Of a DNA stretch of 64,000 bases, positions 56,433 to 64,000 are shown one piece after another (the stretch's first letter is position 1; the number at the start of each line of letters is the position of its first letter). Made by a program: the position numbers and the translations under genes. The stretch is from positions 1,660-65,659 of the forward strand of contig JANWXU010000001.1 in the NCBI GenBank assembly GCA_025057395.1, in the 5' to 3' direction. This DNA comes from Bacteroidia bacterium. GTDB taxonomy: Bacteria > Bacteroidota > Bacteroidia > J057 > JANWXU01. The notes beneath the pieces were generated by a model. It worked only from the letters and a program-made list of their open reading frames with translations, searched no databases and was not told where the DNA came from.

Positions 56433-58844
56433 TCACGTAAGGGGATGGAGTCTGCTGAAAATTATCAGTAGGGTAAGAACAAAGTTTCTACCTGCTTCGG
56501 GTACGTTAATGAGTCTGTATCGACTTAAATGTGATAAGTATGAGCGGTCAAATAAATTTTGTACTTGGAAAGTAATTTTGACTTGTAGCTCGTTATACTG
56601 CCACTCGCTACCTATGCTGACATTCCATAAACTATACCCACTTGTGGGCCATTCGTTTTGGGCTACGCGTCTTTGGTCTGCCACAAAGCGGCTATCTATT
56701 TTGCAAAATAGTTCTTTCCAAATTGAGCTTTTCTTTTTGCTAAAAGTATATTCTGCTTCTACTAGTAAACTATTTGGGGGTATAAAGGGTAAGGGGCGAA
56801 GATTTTGTAAGTTAAATGTGTAGAGGTATTCGCTATAGAGAGCAATATGTAGGCAAGGGAGAGGATGTGATTCAACTGTAAGCTCGCTTCCTGCATAAAT
56901 GACAGGGGCCTGCTTATAGTGATAAATTTGCATAGCTCCGGGTAAAGGAGAAAAATTACCTGAAGGTGCAAGGTAAATATAGTTTGAAAAATAATTGAAA
57001 AATGGTGTTGCGCGCATAAGCCAATGCCTATTTTTCCATTCAAAACTAAGATCGAATTGATAGCCCTTTTCTGTGTTTAGTTCGGAATTGCCCTTTTCGT
57101 GTCGAAAGAAGCCGTGATGCATCCCATCTATTGACAACTCACTGGGCGTAGGAAATCGGAAAGAAGAAGCAGTATTAAATTTTAGATTAATCGAGCTGGA
57201 TGGAGAATAGGAAATACCAAAACTATAGCAAGCATTTTGAAAATTCTTTTTAATTGCGTCGTTACCGTTTTCAAAGATAGGATCTCGGTAAGCGGTGATT
57301 TTTGTAATTGCCCAGTCTGCTCGTAGTCCCCCATTGATAACCCAGTCTTTAGCTGGAGCATATTTAGAATATCCCCAAATTCCAATTTGAGCATTATTAA
57401 AGTGGGGCAGTATAAATTCAAAGCCCTTAAAGTTGTTTTCTTGGGCTTGAAAGTTCAAGCCTATTACATGATGCCATTTTTTTATATACCAATGGTGGCG
57501 GGTGTTTAACGTTAGAGTTTTTAGGTTCAAGTGTACTGCTTCGTTGCTTATTGTGTGGGAAGGACGACCATGTGCATGGGGCTGGGAAAATTCAATTCGC
57601 AAATTTTGCTGTATTCCTATATCCCACTCTAGCCATGAATAAGCAAAGAATATTTTTCCATTGCAAATAAATTTAGTATGCTGGGTATTAAAATAAGGAA
57701 GGTCTATATTTCGACTGTCATTATCGGGTAATAAGTTATAGGCACGAGGTATGCCCATGGCCCCCGCAAAAAGGCCTACTTGCTGATGATAATGAGAAAC
57801 TAAGAAACTTAGGATATATTTTTTTGCATTGATATCCCAGTAGATGGAAAAATGCTTTTCCTTGCCTGCTGTGTTTTTAAGAGTTTTATTATAGATAGGA
57901 AGAATAAATCGATTGTATTGAAAGCTGGTTGCTGGTACTTGGAAATCGGCATAGTCTTGGGTAGTTGTTCGCACGCGCACTGAATGGTTTTTAATTTGCG
58001 TTGCTAAGCTCCAAGAGTTACTAAAACCCTGGTTAAGAGACATAAATGAACTGAAAAAGGAAGTTTCCAACAGCCTATTTTTTACCTGGGGAGGCGGCTT
58101 GAAAAAAATTATGCCCCCCATTGCTTCAGCCCCATATATAAGAGAAGCTGGACCTTTTATGATTTCTATTTGGTGCATGCCAAGCGGGTCTATCTCTAAG
58201 CCGTGATCATTGCCCCATTGCTGACCCTCTTGTTTAATGCCATTTTCTAATACTACCACTCGGTTTTTATTTAAACCCCGAATTACTGGCTTGGCAATGT
58301 TTATCCCTAAATTAGAGTAATTAATTCCCGGTATTCTTGATAAGGTTGCCAAAAGGTGGGGACTTAAATGCTTTTGTAGGAGTGCAGCATCTACAGTTTC
58401 TATATTGAGTGAGTATTCTTTAGCGCGTATTTGAGTTATTTTACTTTCTATTAAGATATTTTCTAGTTCAAGTACGGTGGGTATTAATTGAAAAAGGGTA
58501 TCAATATTTTTATAAGGTGTAAGCTCTAGGGTGGCTGTTTGAGGAATATATCCAATCAGCTGTATTTGAATATGATATTTTCCTGGCTTAAGGCCAGAAA
58601 AGGAAAATTCACCTAGAGAGTTGGTAAAACATCCTTGTCGAGTTTCTTGTAGTTCTATAATAGCCCCTACCAAAGGGTTGCCCTCTTTATCTATTACTTT
58701 CCCTTGTATATAGTTTTGACTCCAAATTGAATGATAGGGCAGTAATAATATAATAGTTGTTATTATTAATTTAATACCATGCTCACTAAATTTTGGCAAC
58801 AGTTTTTTTAGAAAGCCCCTTAATTTTTTGGATAATGCAACCAT
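56433..58844 (-). CDS. TonB-dependent outer-membrane receptor with an N-terminal CarboxypepD_reg domain
   Basis: IQGKVIDKEGNPLVGAIIEL...GEFSFSGLKPGKYHIQI (carboxypeptidase-regulatory fold). Plug region ...VVVLENGIKQEGQQWGNDHGLEIDP. Long beta-barrel with AGRNFVLTL near the C-terminus. Confidence 0.85.
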   Translation of the reverse strand: MVALSKKLRGFLKKLLPKFSEHGIKLIITTIILLLPYHSIWSQNYIQGKVIDKEGNPLVGAIIELQETRQGCFTNSLGEFSFSGLKPGKYHIQIQLIGYIPQTATLELTPYKNIDTLFQLIPTVLELENILIESKITQIRAKEYSLNIETVDAALLQKHLSPHLLATLSRIPGINYSNLGINIAKPVIRGLNKNRVVVLENGIKQEGQQWGNDHGLEIDPLGMHQIEIIKGPASLIYGAEAMGGIIFFKPPPQVKNRLLETSFFSSFMSLNQGFSNSWSLATQIKNHSVRVRTTTQDYADFQVPATSFQYNRFILPIYNKTLKNTAGKEKHFSIYWDINAKKYILSFLVSHYHQQVGLFAGAMGIPRAYNLLPDNDSRNIDLPYFNTQHTKFICNGKIFFAYSWLEWDIGIQQNLRIEFSQPHAHGRPSHTISNEAVHLNLKTLTLNTRHHWYIKKWHHVIGLNFQAQENNFKGFEFILPHFNNAQIGIWGYSKYAPAKDWVINGGLRADWAITKITAYRDPIFENGNDAIKKNFQNACYSFGISYSPSSSINLKFNTASSFRFPTPSELSIDGMHHGFFRHEKGNSELNTEKGYQFDLSFEWKNRHWLMRATPFFNYFSNYIYLAPSGNFSPLPGAMQIYHYKQAPVIYAGSELTVESHPLPCLHIALYSEYLYTFNLQNLRPLPFIPPNSLLVEAEYTFSKKKSSIWKELFCKIDSRFVADQRRVAQNEWPTSGYSLWNVSIGSEWQYNELQVKITFQVQNLFDRSYLSHLSRYRLINVPEAGRNFVLTLLIIFSRLHPLT

Positions 58845-59071
58845 GTTGCAATTTAAAAAATCAAGGGAGGTTACCCAATAAAATAATTACTAATTTTTAT
58901 AAATACTCACAAGGATTTGAGGTAAAGAGTATTGTTACTATTAGGCAAAGAAGGTAGGCGCAAAAAGATTTGGTAAATTTAAATTACTGAATTTAGTAAG
59001 AAACCACGTTGTTATTTTATAACTTTTATAGCTTTCTCATTTACTTACCCTAAGTGCATTGTACTTAATCT

Positions 59072-59713
59072 CTAGATTTTATTGGCGTCTTTAAGAAATT
59101 TTTCTAAGCCAATATCAGTAAGGGGATGTTTTACAAGAGAAATAAAGGTAGGGTAGGGAATTGTTACGTAGTCGGCACCTGCTAAGGCTACTTGTACTAC
59201 ATGCAGGGTGTGGCGAATACTTGCTGCTAAAATATAGGTAGGTAACTGATAATTGCGAAAAATTTTTTTTATTTGCCGAATCAATTTTATGCCCTCGCTT
59301 GAAATATCATCTAGCCTTCCAATAAAAGGACTTACATAGGTTGCTCCTGCTTTTGCTGCTAGTAAAGCTTGAATAGGAGTAAAGACTAAAGTGCAGTTGG
59401 TTCTAATACCCTCTTGCTTAAGGGTGCGAATTGCTTTAAGACCGTCAAAAGTCATAGGAACTTTGACCACTATATTAGTAGCTAACTTAGCTAGGTGGCG
59501 TCCTTCTTGTACCATTTCTTCGTATGAAGTAGAAAGTACTTCTGCGCTTACATCTCCCTCTGTAATTTTACAAATGGCTTGGTAGTGTTCGTCTACATTG
59601 TTAATTCCTTCTTTAGCCATTAGGCTAGGGTTAGTAGTAACACCATCTAATAAACCTAACTCCTGAATACTACGAATTTGCTCAAGATTAGCAGAGTCTA
59701 TGAAAAATTTCAT
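59072..59713 (-). CDS. Fructose-6-phosphate aldolase / short transaldolase (TalC/Fsa family)
   Basis: MKFFIDSANLEQI...GVTTNPSL, Schiff-base lysine context VVKVPMT, 213 aa. Confidence 0.85.
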   Translation of the reverse strand: MKFFIDSANLEQIRSIQELGLLDGVTTNPSLMAKEGINNVDEHYQAICKITEGDVSAEVLSTSYEEMVQEGRHLAKLATNIVVKVPMTFDGLKAIRTLKQEGIRTNCTLVFTPIQALLAAKAGATYVSPFIGRLDDISSEGIKLIRQIKKIFRNYQLPTYILAASIRHTLHVVQVALAGADYVTIPYPTFISLVKHPLTDIGLEKFLKDANKI

Positions 59714-59827
59714 ATGCAGTTTTGTGGCATATTAAGCAAATTTCGTAATATTTCATGTAATAGTCCAAATTTTGTTTTATGCTTTCTCAGTACCAGGGCA
59801 AATACTAAGCTAAAATTTATTCTAAGG

Positions 59828-60610
59828 CTAAAACTTCCAATGACTACTCCAAATTTCCCATGCTTTTTCAGCTTGATGCTGTAACATTAAAAGACCATTT
59901 TGAATGCGAGCACCTCTTTCTTTGGCTAGTTGCAAAAGTAAGGTTTCTTTCGGATTGTAAATAAGGTCAAGGACATAATTTTGAGAAGAAATTCCGTCAA
60001 TAGGAATAGGAGGGCAAAATTGAATTTCGGGATACATGCCTAGAGGTGTAGTATTGATTATTAGTGGGTAAGCAGTTAGCATTTCAGGAGTAAGCTCTTC
60101 AAAGAATATATGATTGATTTCTTTAAAGATAGGATCACTTGAATTAATTGGGCTTCTTGAGCAAATTAGAATATTGTTAGGAGATAAGTGGTGTGTAAGT
60201 GCGTATACTACAGCTCTAGCGCTTCCTCCTGCTCCTAAAATAATAGTAGGGGGAATGGTGCTGTTTTTGATAAGCTGTAGCAATGCTTGTTCAAATCCAT
60301 ACCAATCGGTATTAAAACCTTGCCACTTGCCATTAGGGTGGCGTAACACTGTGTTTACTGCTCCAATGTAGGCAGCAGTTTCTTCTATTTCTTGTAAGAA
60401 GGGAATAATTGCTTCTTTATAAGGAATAGTTACGTTAAATCCTACTAGGTTAGGGTGGTGCTCAAGTATTTTTATGATTTCTTGAATATTCTCTAATTCA
60501 AATAGTTTATATTTGCATTGGATTTGGAGAGAAGAAAATTTTTGTATAAAATAACTAGGTGAGAAAGAGTGCTTTAAGCTTTTGCCTACTAATCCCAATA
60601 AGTATTCCAT
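59828..60610 (-). CDS. aroE: Shikimate 5-dehydrogenase
   Basis: GKSLKHSFSP, NVTIPYKEA and GAGGSARAV (NADP-binding) motifs. Confidence 0.85.
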   Translation of the reverse strand: MEYLLGLVGKSLKHSFSPSYFIQKFSSLQIQCKYKLFELENIQEIIKILEHHPNLVGFNVTIPYKEAIIPFLQEIEETAAYIGAVNTVLRHPNGKWQGFNTDWYGFEQALLQLIKNSTIPPTIILGAGGSARAVVYALTHHLSPNNILICSRSPINSSDPIFKEINHIFFEELTPEMLTAYPLIINTTPLGMYPEIQFCPPIPIDGISSQNYVLDLIYNPKETLLLQLAKERGARIQNGLLMLQHQAEKAWEIWSSHWKF

Positions 60611-60776
60611 TAGGGGTACCTAAAATCTTTTTATGTGGAAAACTAAACTAAAATAAAAAGAATACTAAAGAGTTTTTTAAATTTTATCAGGTAAAATTCT
60701 ATATTCGCCTAATAAATTAATTGAAATGTAGTAGGGCTTCTTCTAAAAAAATTATTCAAGTTCAAGAATTAGAGAC

Positions 60777-61784
60777 ATGAACAAGTTAATTTGCTATATT
60801 TTTGTAATAGTCTTAGTAATAATAGGGTTGGGCTACGAGTTGCAGGCGCAGGATCCGCAATTTTCGCAATTTTATGCCAATCAAGTTTTATTAAATCCTG
60901 CCTTTACTGGTTCAGCAGAGGGAGCAAGGTTAGCCCTTAATTATCGTTCTCAATGGGCAGCTATACCTGGCCATTTCAAAACTTTTGCCGCTGCATTCGA
61001 TATTCCGGTAACTTTTGGCCCTACTAGGCATGGTTTAGGTTTAAGTTTTATGGCGGACCAGGCGGGGGCAGGCAATCTTACAAAACTAGATGTTCTCTTC
61101 AATTATGCGTATCGCGTGCTTATTAATGATGACCATGCCATTCGTTTTGGAATATCAGCCGGCTTTCAACAGGCAAGTATCGATTTTTTTAATTTACGCT
61201 TTCCTAACCAAATAGATCCGTTAAGAGGACCTAACGCTCCTCTTCTACCTAGTGGGGAGCAGGCTATTGAAAGTAGAATTAATGAAGATGTTTCCTTAGG
61301 AATAGTGTATTATAATAATTTTATGTGGGCAGGGATGGGAATTCACCACCTTACAACACCAAGACAGCAATTTACCACTACCAGCCCTAATGCAAGGGAT
61401 GCTACCCTGCCTATGCGAATTACTGCTTTCACAGGGCTGATGATTCCCTTTACTCGGGATAAGTTAAGCTCACGTTCTATCTCACCTTCTTTGTTATTCA
61501 AATATCAGGGACCCTTTATGCAACTAGACCTAGGGGGTTATGTTAACTTTGACCCTGTAGTTTTTGGAGTTTATTTTAGAGCCTTTGAGCCTGATGCTAT
61601 TATCGGACTTGTAGGAGTGCGCAAAGGAATGTTTAGTGTAGGATATTCCTATGATTACACAATTTCCTCCTTAACTAACGGCATTTCAGGTGGATCCCAT
61701 GAAGTTTCTTTAGTAATAGAATTTGAAAAAGGAATTACTAAAAAGCGCACACCTAAAGTTAACATGAATTGCCCAAGATTTTAA
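60777..61784 (+). CDS. PorP/SprF-family type IX secretion outer-membrane protein
   Basis: Signal peptide followed by the family signature AQDPQFSQFYANQVLLNPAFTG. ~335-aa beta-barrel-like composition ending at a C-terminal F. Confidence 0.85.
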   Translation: MNKLICYIFVIVLVIIGLGYELQAQDPQFSQFYANQVLLNPAFTGSAEGARLALNYRSQWAAIPGHFKTFAAAFDIPVTFGPTRHGLGLSFMADQAGAGNLTKLDVLFNYAYRVLINDDHAIRFGISAGFQQASIDFFNLRFPNQIDPLRGPNAPLLPSGEQAIESRINEDVSLGIVYYNNFMWAGMGIHHLTTPRQQFTTTSPNARDATLPMRITAFTGLMIPFTRDKLSSRSISPSLLFKYQGPFMQLDLGGYVNFDPVVFGVYFRAFEPDAIIGLVGVRKGMFSVGYSYDYTISSLTNGISGGSHEVSLVIEFEKGITKKRTPKVNMNCPRF

Positions 61785-61872
61785 TTTATATCTATTTTTT
61801 TCCTATATTTGTAAGCATACCCAAATAAAAAAATATTTGATACTTCTTAAATAAAATAAAAAATAAAGAATT

Positions 61873-63111
61873 ATGATTTTAAGAATACTTCTTCTATTAG
61901 TTGGGGCCATTCTGCTATCAAGTTGTAAAAAAGTTGATCTTAATAAGGTTCCTCCTAAGAGTGATAAATTAGGATACAAATGGAATGAGGGGCCTAAAAG
62001 TTCGCAAGCTACAGGAGAAGAAGGCTTTAAGCCAATCTCATATAAACAGCCGCTAGCACCAGGCCTTGTCTTTATTGAGGGGGGAACTTTTATTATGGGA
62101 GGAGGAGAAAAGGATATTAATTATGATATGAGCAACCGCGAAAGGCAAGTCACGGTGCATAGTTTCTATATAGACGAAACAGAAGTAGCAAATATAGATT
62201 GGAAACATTTTATACATTTCTTAGAAAAGGATAGTGGTCCTGAAAAGGCTCGTTGGTATTATCCTGATACTACGGTATGGTATAGAGACCTAGCTTACAA
62301 TGAGCCTTTTGTGGAATATTACTACCAAAACCCTGCTTTCAACATGTATCCGGTAGTAGGCGTTAATTGGTATCAGGCTAATGATTACTGCAAGTGGCGA
62401 ACTTCAATTTACAATGAAAAACTAAAGGATGAAGCCAAGGAAGGTACCACGCCTATTTTATCTCCAAATTACCGCCTTCCTACGGAAGCAGAATGGGAGT
62501 ATGCTGCGAGGGGACTTTTAGAGCAGCAGAATTATCCCTGGGAAGGCAAGTCTCTGCGAAATGCAAAAGGGCGATTCCGTGCTAACTTTAAACGTGGAAG
62601 AGGTGACTATGCAGGTCGTTCTAATGCCGCAGATAATACTCGTTTAGTGGAGGGACTGAATGATGGGTATATGATACCCAACCCTGTAAAAGCTTTTATG
62701 CCCAATGATTTTGGATTGTACAATATGGCAGGTAACGTAGCAGAATGGACCATGGATACGTACCGTACCCTAGCTTACGAAGATGTGGAAGATTTTCAGC
62801 CCTTTCGAAGAAAAGGGGACGTAGAAGACCAGCTAGAAAAAGATATCGATTATTCCAAAGAGAACTCATTATTGATGGCACGCCCCTATAAAAAGCCTAC
62901 AAACCCTAATGCTTATGATGCTGCTACTTATCACCCGGTAGAAAGAGATGCACAAGACCGTGTGAAGGTGTATAGAGGGGGGTCATGGAAAGATATAGCC
63001 TACTACCTGACGTGTGGTGCTCGTCGTTTTTGGTTTGCAGATTCCTCCTCCTCTACTATCGGATTCCGTTGCGCTATGATCCGGGTTGGTTCCCCTTCAT
63101 TGAAATACTAA
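61873..63111 (+). CDS. gldJ: Gliding-motility lipoprotein GldJ (FGE-sulfatase/SUMF1 fold), short form
   Basis: Lipobox LLSSCKK. PGLVFIEGGTFIMG, SFYIDETEV, YPDTTVWYRDLAYNE, YRLPTEAEWEYAA, ANFKRGRGDYAG, NDFGLYNMAGNVAEW, VYRGGSWKD and GFRCAMIRVGS match GldJ more closely than GldK/PorK as I recall them. Confidence 0.7.
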   Translation: MILRILLLLVGAILLSSCKKVDLNKVPPKSDKLGYKWNEGPKSSQATGEEGFKPISYKQPLAPGLVFIEGGTFIMGGGEKDINYDMSNRERQVTVHSFYIDETEVANIDWKHFIHFLEKDSGPEKARWYYPDTTVWYRDLAYNEPFVEYYYQNPAFNMYPVVGVNWYQANDYCKWRTSIYNEKLKDEAKEGTTPILSPNYRLPTEAEWEYAARGLLEQQNYPWEGKSLRNAKGRFRANFKRGRGDYAGRSNAADNTRLVEGLNDGYMIPNPVKAFMPNDFGLYNMAGNVAEWTMDTYRTLAYEDVEDFQPFRRKGDVEDQLEKDIDYSKENSLLMARPYKKPTNPNAYDAATYHPVERDAQDRVKVYRGGSWKDIAYYLTCGARRFWFADSSSSTIGFRCAMIRVGSPSLKY

Positions 63112-63134
63112 GAGTCAGTAAAAAATAAATAATA

Positions 63135-63168
63135 AAAAGCTAGTACAAGTATGTGTACTAGCTTTTTT
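63135..63168 (+). terminator. Rho-independent terminator after gldJ
   Basis: 13-bp perfect stem aaaagctagtaca (63135-63147) / tgtactagctttt (63154-63166), 6-nt loop, T-run. Confidence 0.65.
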
Positions 63169-63459
63169 AGTTTGAGCGGTATTTTGTAGCCTAAAGTTTT
63201 TGTAAGGAGCAAAGAGGTACTATTACCTAAATTCTTGCTAAAGTTTAATTAAGAGTATTATTTTCAATTAATTATATACAGATTTGCAGTTTCTTTTAGT
63301 GAAATTGCATTTGCGTATTATTATTGAGCATAATTAATGAGTATTAACAAAGATTCTGGGCAAAAAGAAATTTATTTTTTTACTTCAAAAGAAACTTTTA
63401 TTTTTGTTAATTAACTCGGTACTAACAATCTAGGAGTTGCAACATAAAAATCAATACAA

Positions 63460-64000
63460 ATGAAAAACTATATTTTTACTTTCAAGTATCTACTATTTTT
63501 TCTATCTCTGTGGGCAGGCGTTGTTTTATTTCCAGGAAGTGCAAACGCCCAAACATGGTATGTAGACGTTAACCATCCTACCACTACTCCCAATGGCACA
63601 CAACAACATCCATTCAAAGATATTAACTCTGCAGTATTAGCAGCAAATGCTTGGGATCCTCTTAATAATGCAAATACTTATAAAACTATATATGTAGCAA
63701 GCGGTACCTATAATACGATTAATGATCGTAATATGATTATTACAGTTAATAAGCTTCGTATTGTAGGGGATCCGGGAGGACCGAGTAGAGGTCCAGGCGC
63801 TAATGCTCCAATTATCGATGGTTTAAATACTCAGTCTTTTTGTTTTGGTATTAATGATCAGCTTAAAGAAGTTACGATAGAGGGCTTTTATATTCGAAAT
63901 TTTACTGCCTCCCTTCCTGTGCACGGTTTGGGTACCCAAGGTGGTATAAATGGGGTGGGAATTGTAGCACCTTTTCCATTTGTAAACAATCCCGTGACAA
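63460..64000 (+). CDS. Secreted protein, N-terminus of a probable right-handed beta-helix protein; 3' end beyond the window
   Basis: Own translation from ATG 63460 gives MKNYIFTFKYLLFFLSLWAGVVLFPGSANAQTWYVDVNHPTTTPNGTQQHPFKDINSAVLAA...IYVASGTYN..., with no stop to nt 64000. The signal peptide and the 'W-Y-V...G-x-x-x-x-P-F-x-x-I...G-T-Y' pattern are typical of DUF1565/pectin-lyase-fold proteins. It is not in the supplied ORF track because it lacks a stop codon. Confidence 0.65.
   Translation, partial: MKNYIFTFKYLLFFLSLWAGVVLFPGSANAQTWYVDVNHPTTTPNGTQQHPFKDINSAVLAANAWDPLNNANTYKTIYVASGTYNTINDRNMIITVNKLRIVGDPGGPSRGPGANAPIIDGLNTQSFCFGINDQLKEVTIEGFYIRNFTASLPVHGLGTQGGINGVGIVAPFPFVNNPVT

Noticed and set aside
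58845-59071. Riboswitch (cobalamin or TPP) in the 227-bp leader of the TonB-dependent receptor.
   Set aside because: Reading the minus strand, I found no B12 box (GCCACTG) and no TPP CUGAGA / ACCUGAUCUGGAUAAUGCCAGCG-like elements. I also saw no obvious extended conserved stems.
60777-63111. porP-porK (start of a porPKLMN operon).
   Set aside because: No gldL/porL-like gene follows. A strong terminator and an unrelated beta-helix gene come next instead. The motifs of the 412-aa protein (PGLVFIEGGTF, PDTTVWYRDLAYNE, ANFKRGRGDY, RCAMIRVGS) fit GldJ better than GldK/PorK as I recall them.

Overview
AT-rich chromosomal segment from a gliding, type IX secretion (T9SS) member of the Bacteroidota. 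The lineage call rests on gldB, gldJ, a PorP/SprF gene, type A and type B T9SS C-terminal sorting domains, TAnnTTTG-type promoter boxes and a fused E1 alpha/beta dehydrogenase. I support about 50 protein genes, one tRNA-Ser(CGA), a small SRP RNA, three hairpin terminators and a few promoter-like boxes. Most of the window is housekeeping (kynA, miaE, miaB, rpiB, cinA, secG, aroE, fsa/tal, E1 dehydrogenase, M1 aminopeptidase) mixed with envelope and secretion genes. I saw no transposase, integrase, reverse transcriptase, phage genes, CRISPR array or long nucleotide repeats, so there is no clear mobile or defence island. The best candidates for something undescribed are: (1) a tRNA-adjacent four-gene minus-strand cluster (18605-23855) built around a TPR-CHAT protease whose CHAT domain is interrupted by a two-helix membrane hairpin, flanked by three uncharacterised proteins; (2) a YfhO (GT-C-like) operon with two unknown genes, in an organism that should lack the known YfhO substrate; (3) a 1129-aa acidic, low-complexity protein with four copies of an S-F-x-R-F-V-x-P-D-F motif, inside the conserved miaB / sigma-54 activator / lptE / secG cluster. 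All three are hypotheses from reading the sequence. No database search or structure prediction could be run. A one-nucleotide frameshift in an AhpD/CMD-family gene is directly visible.
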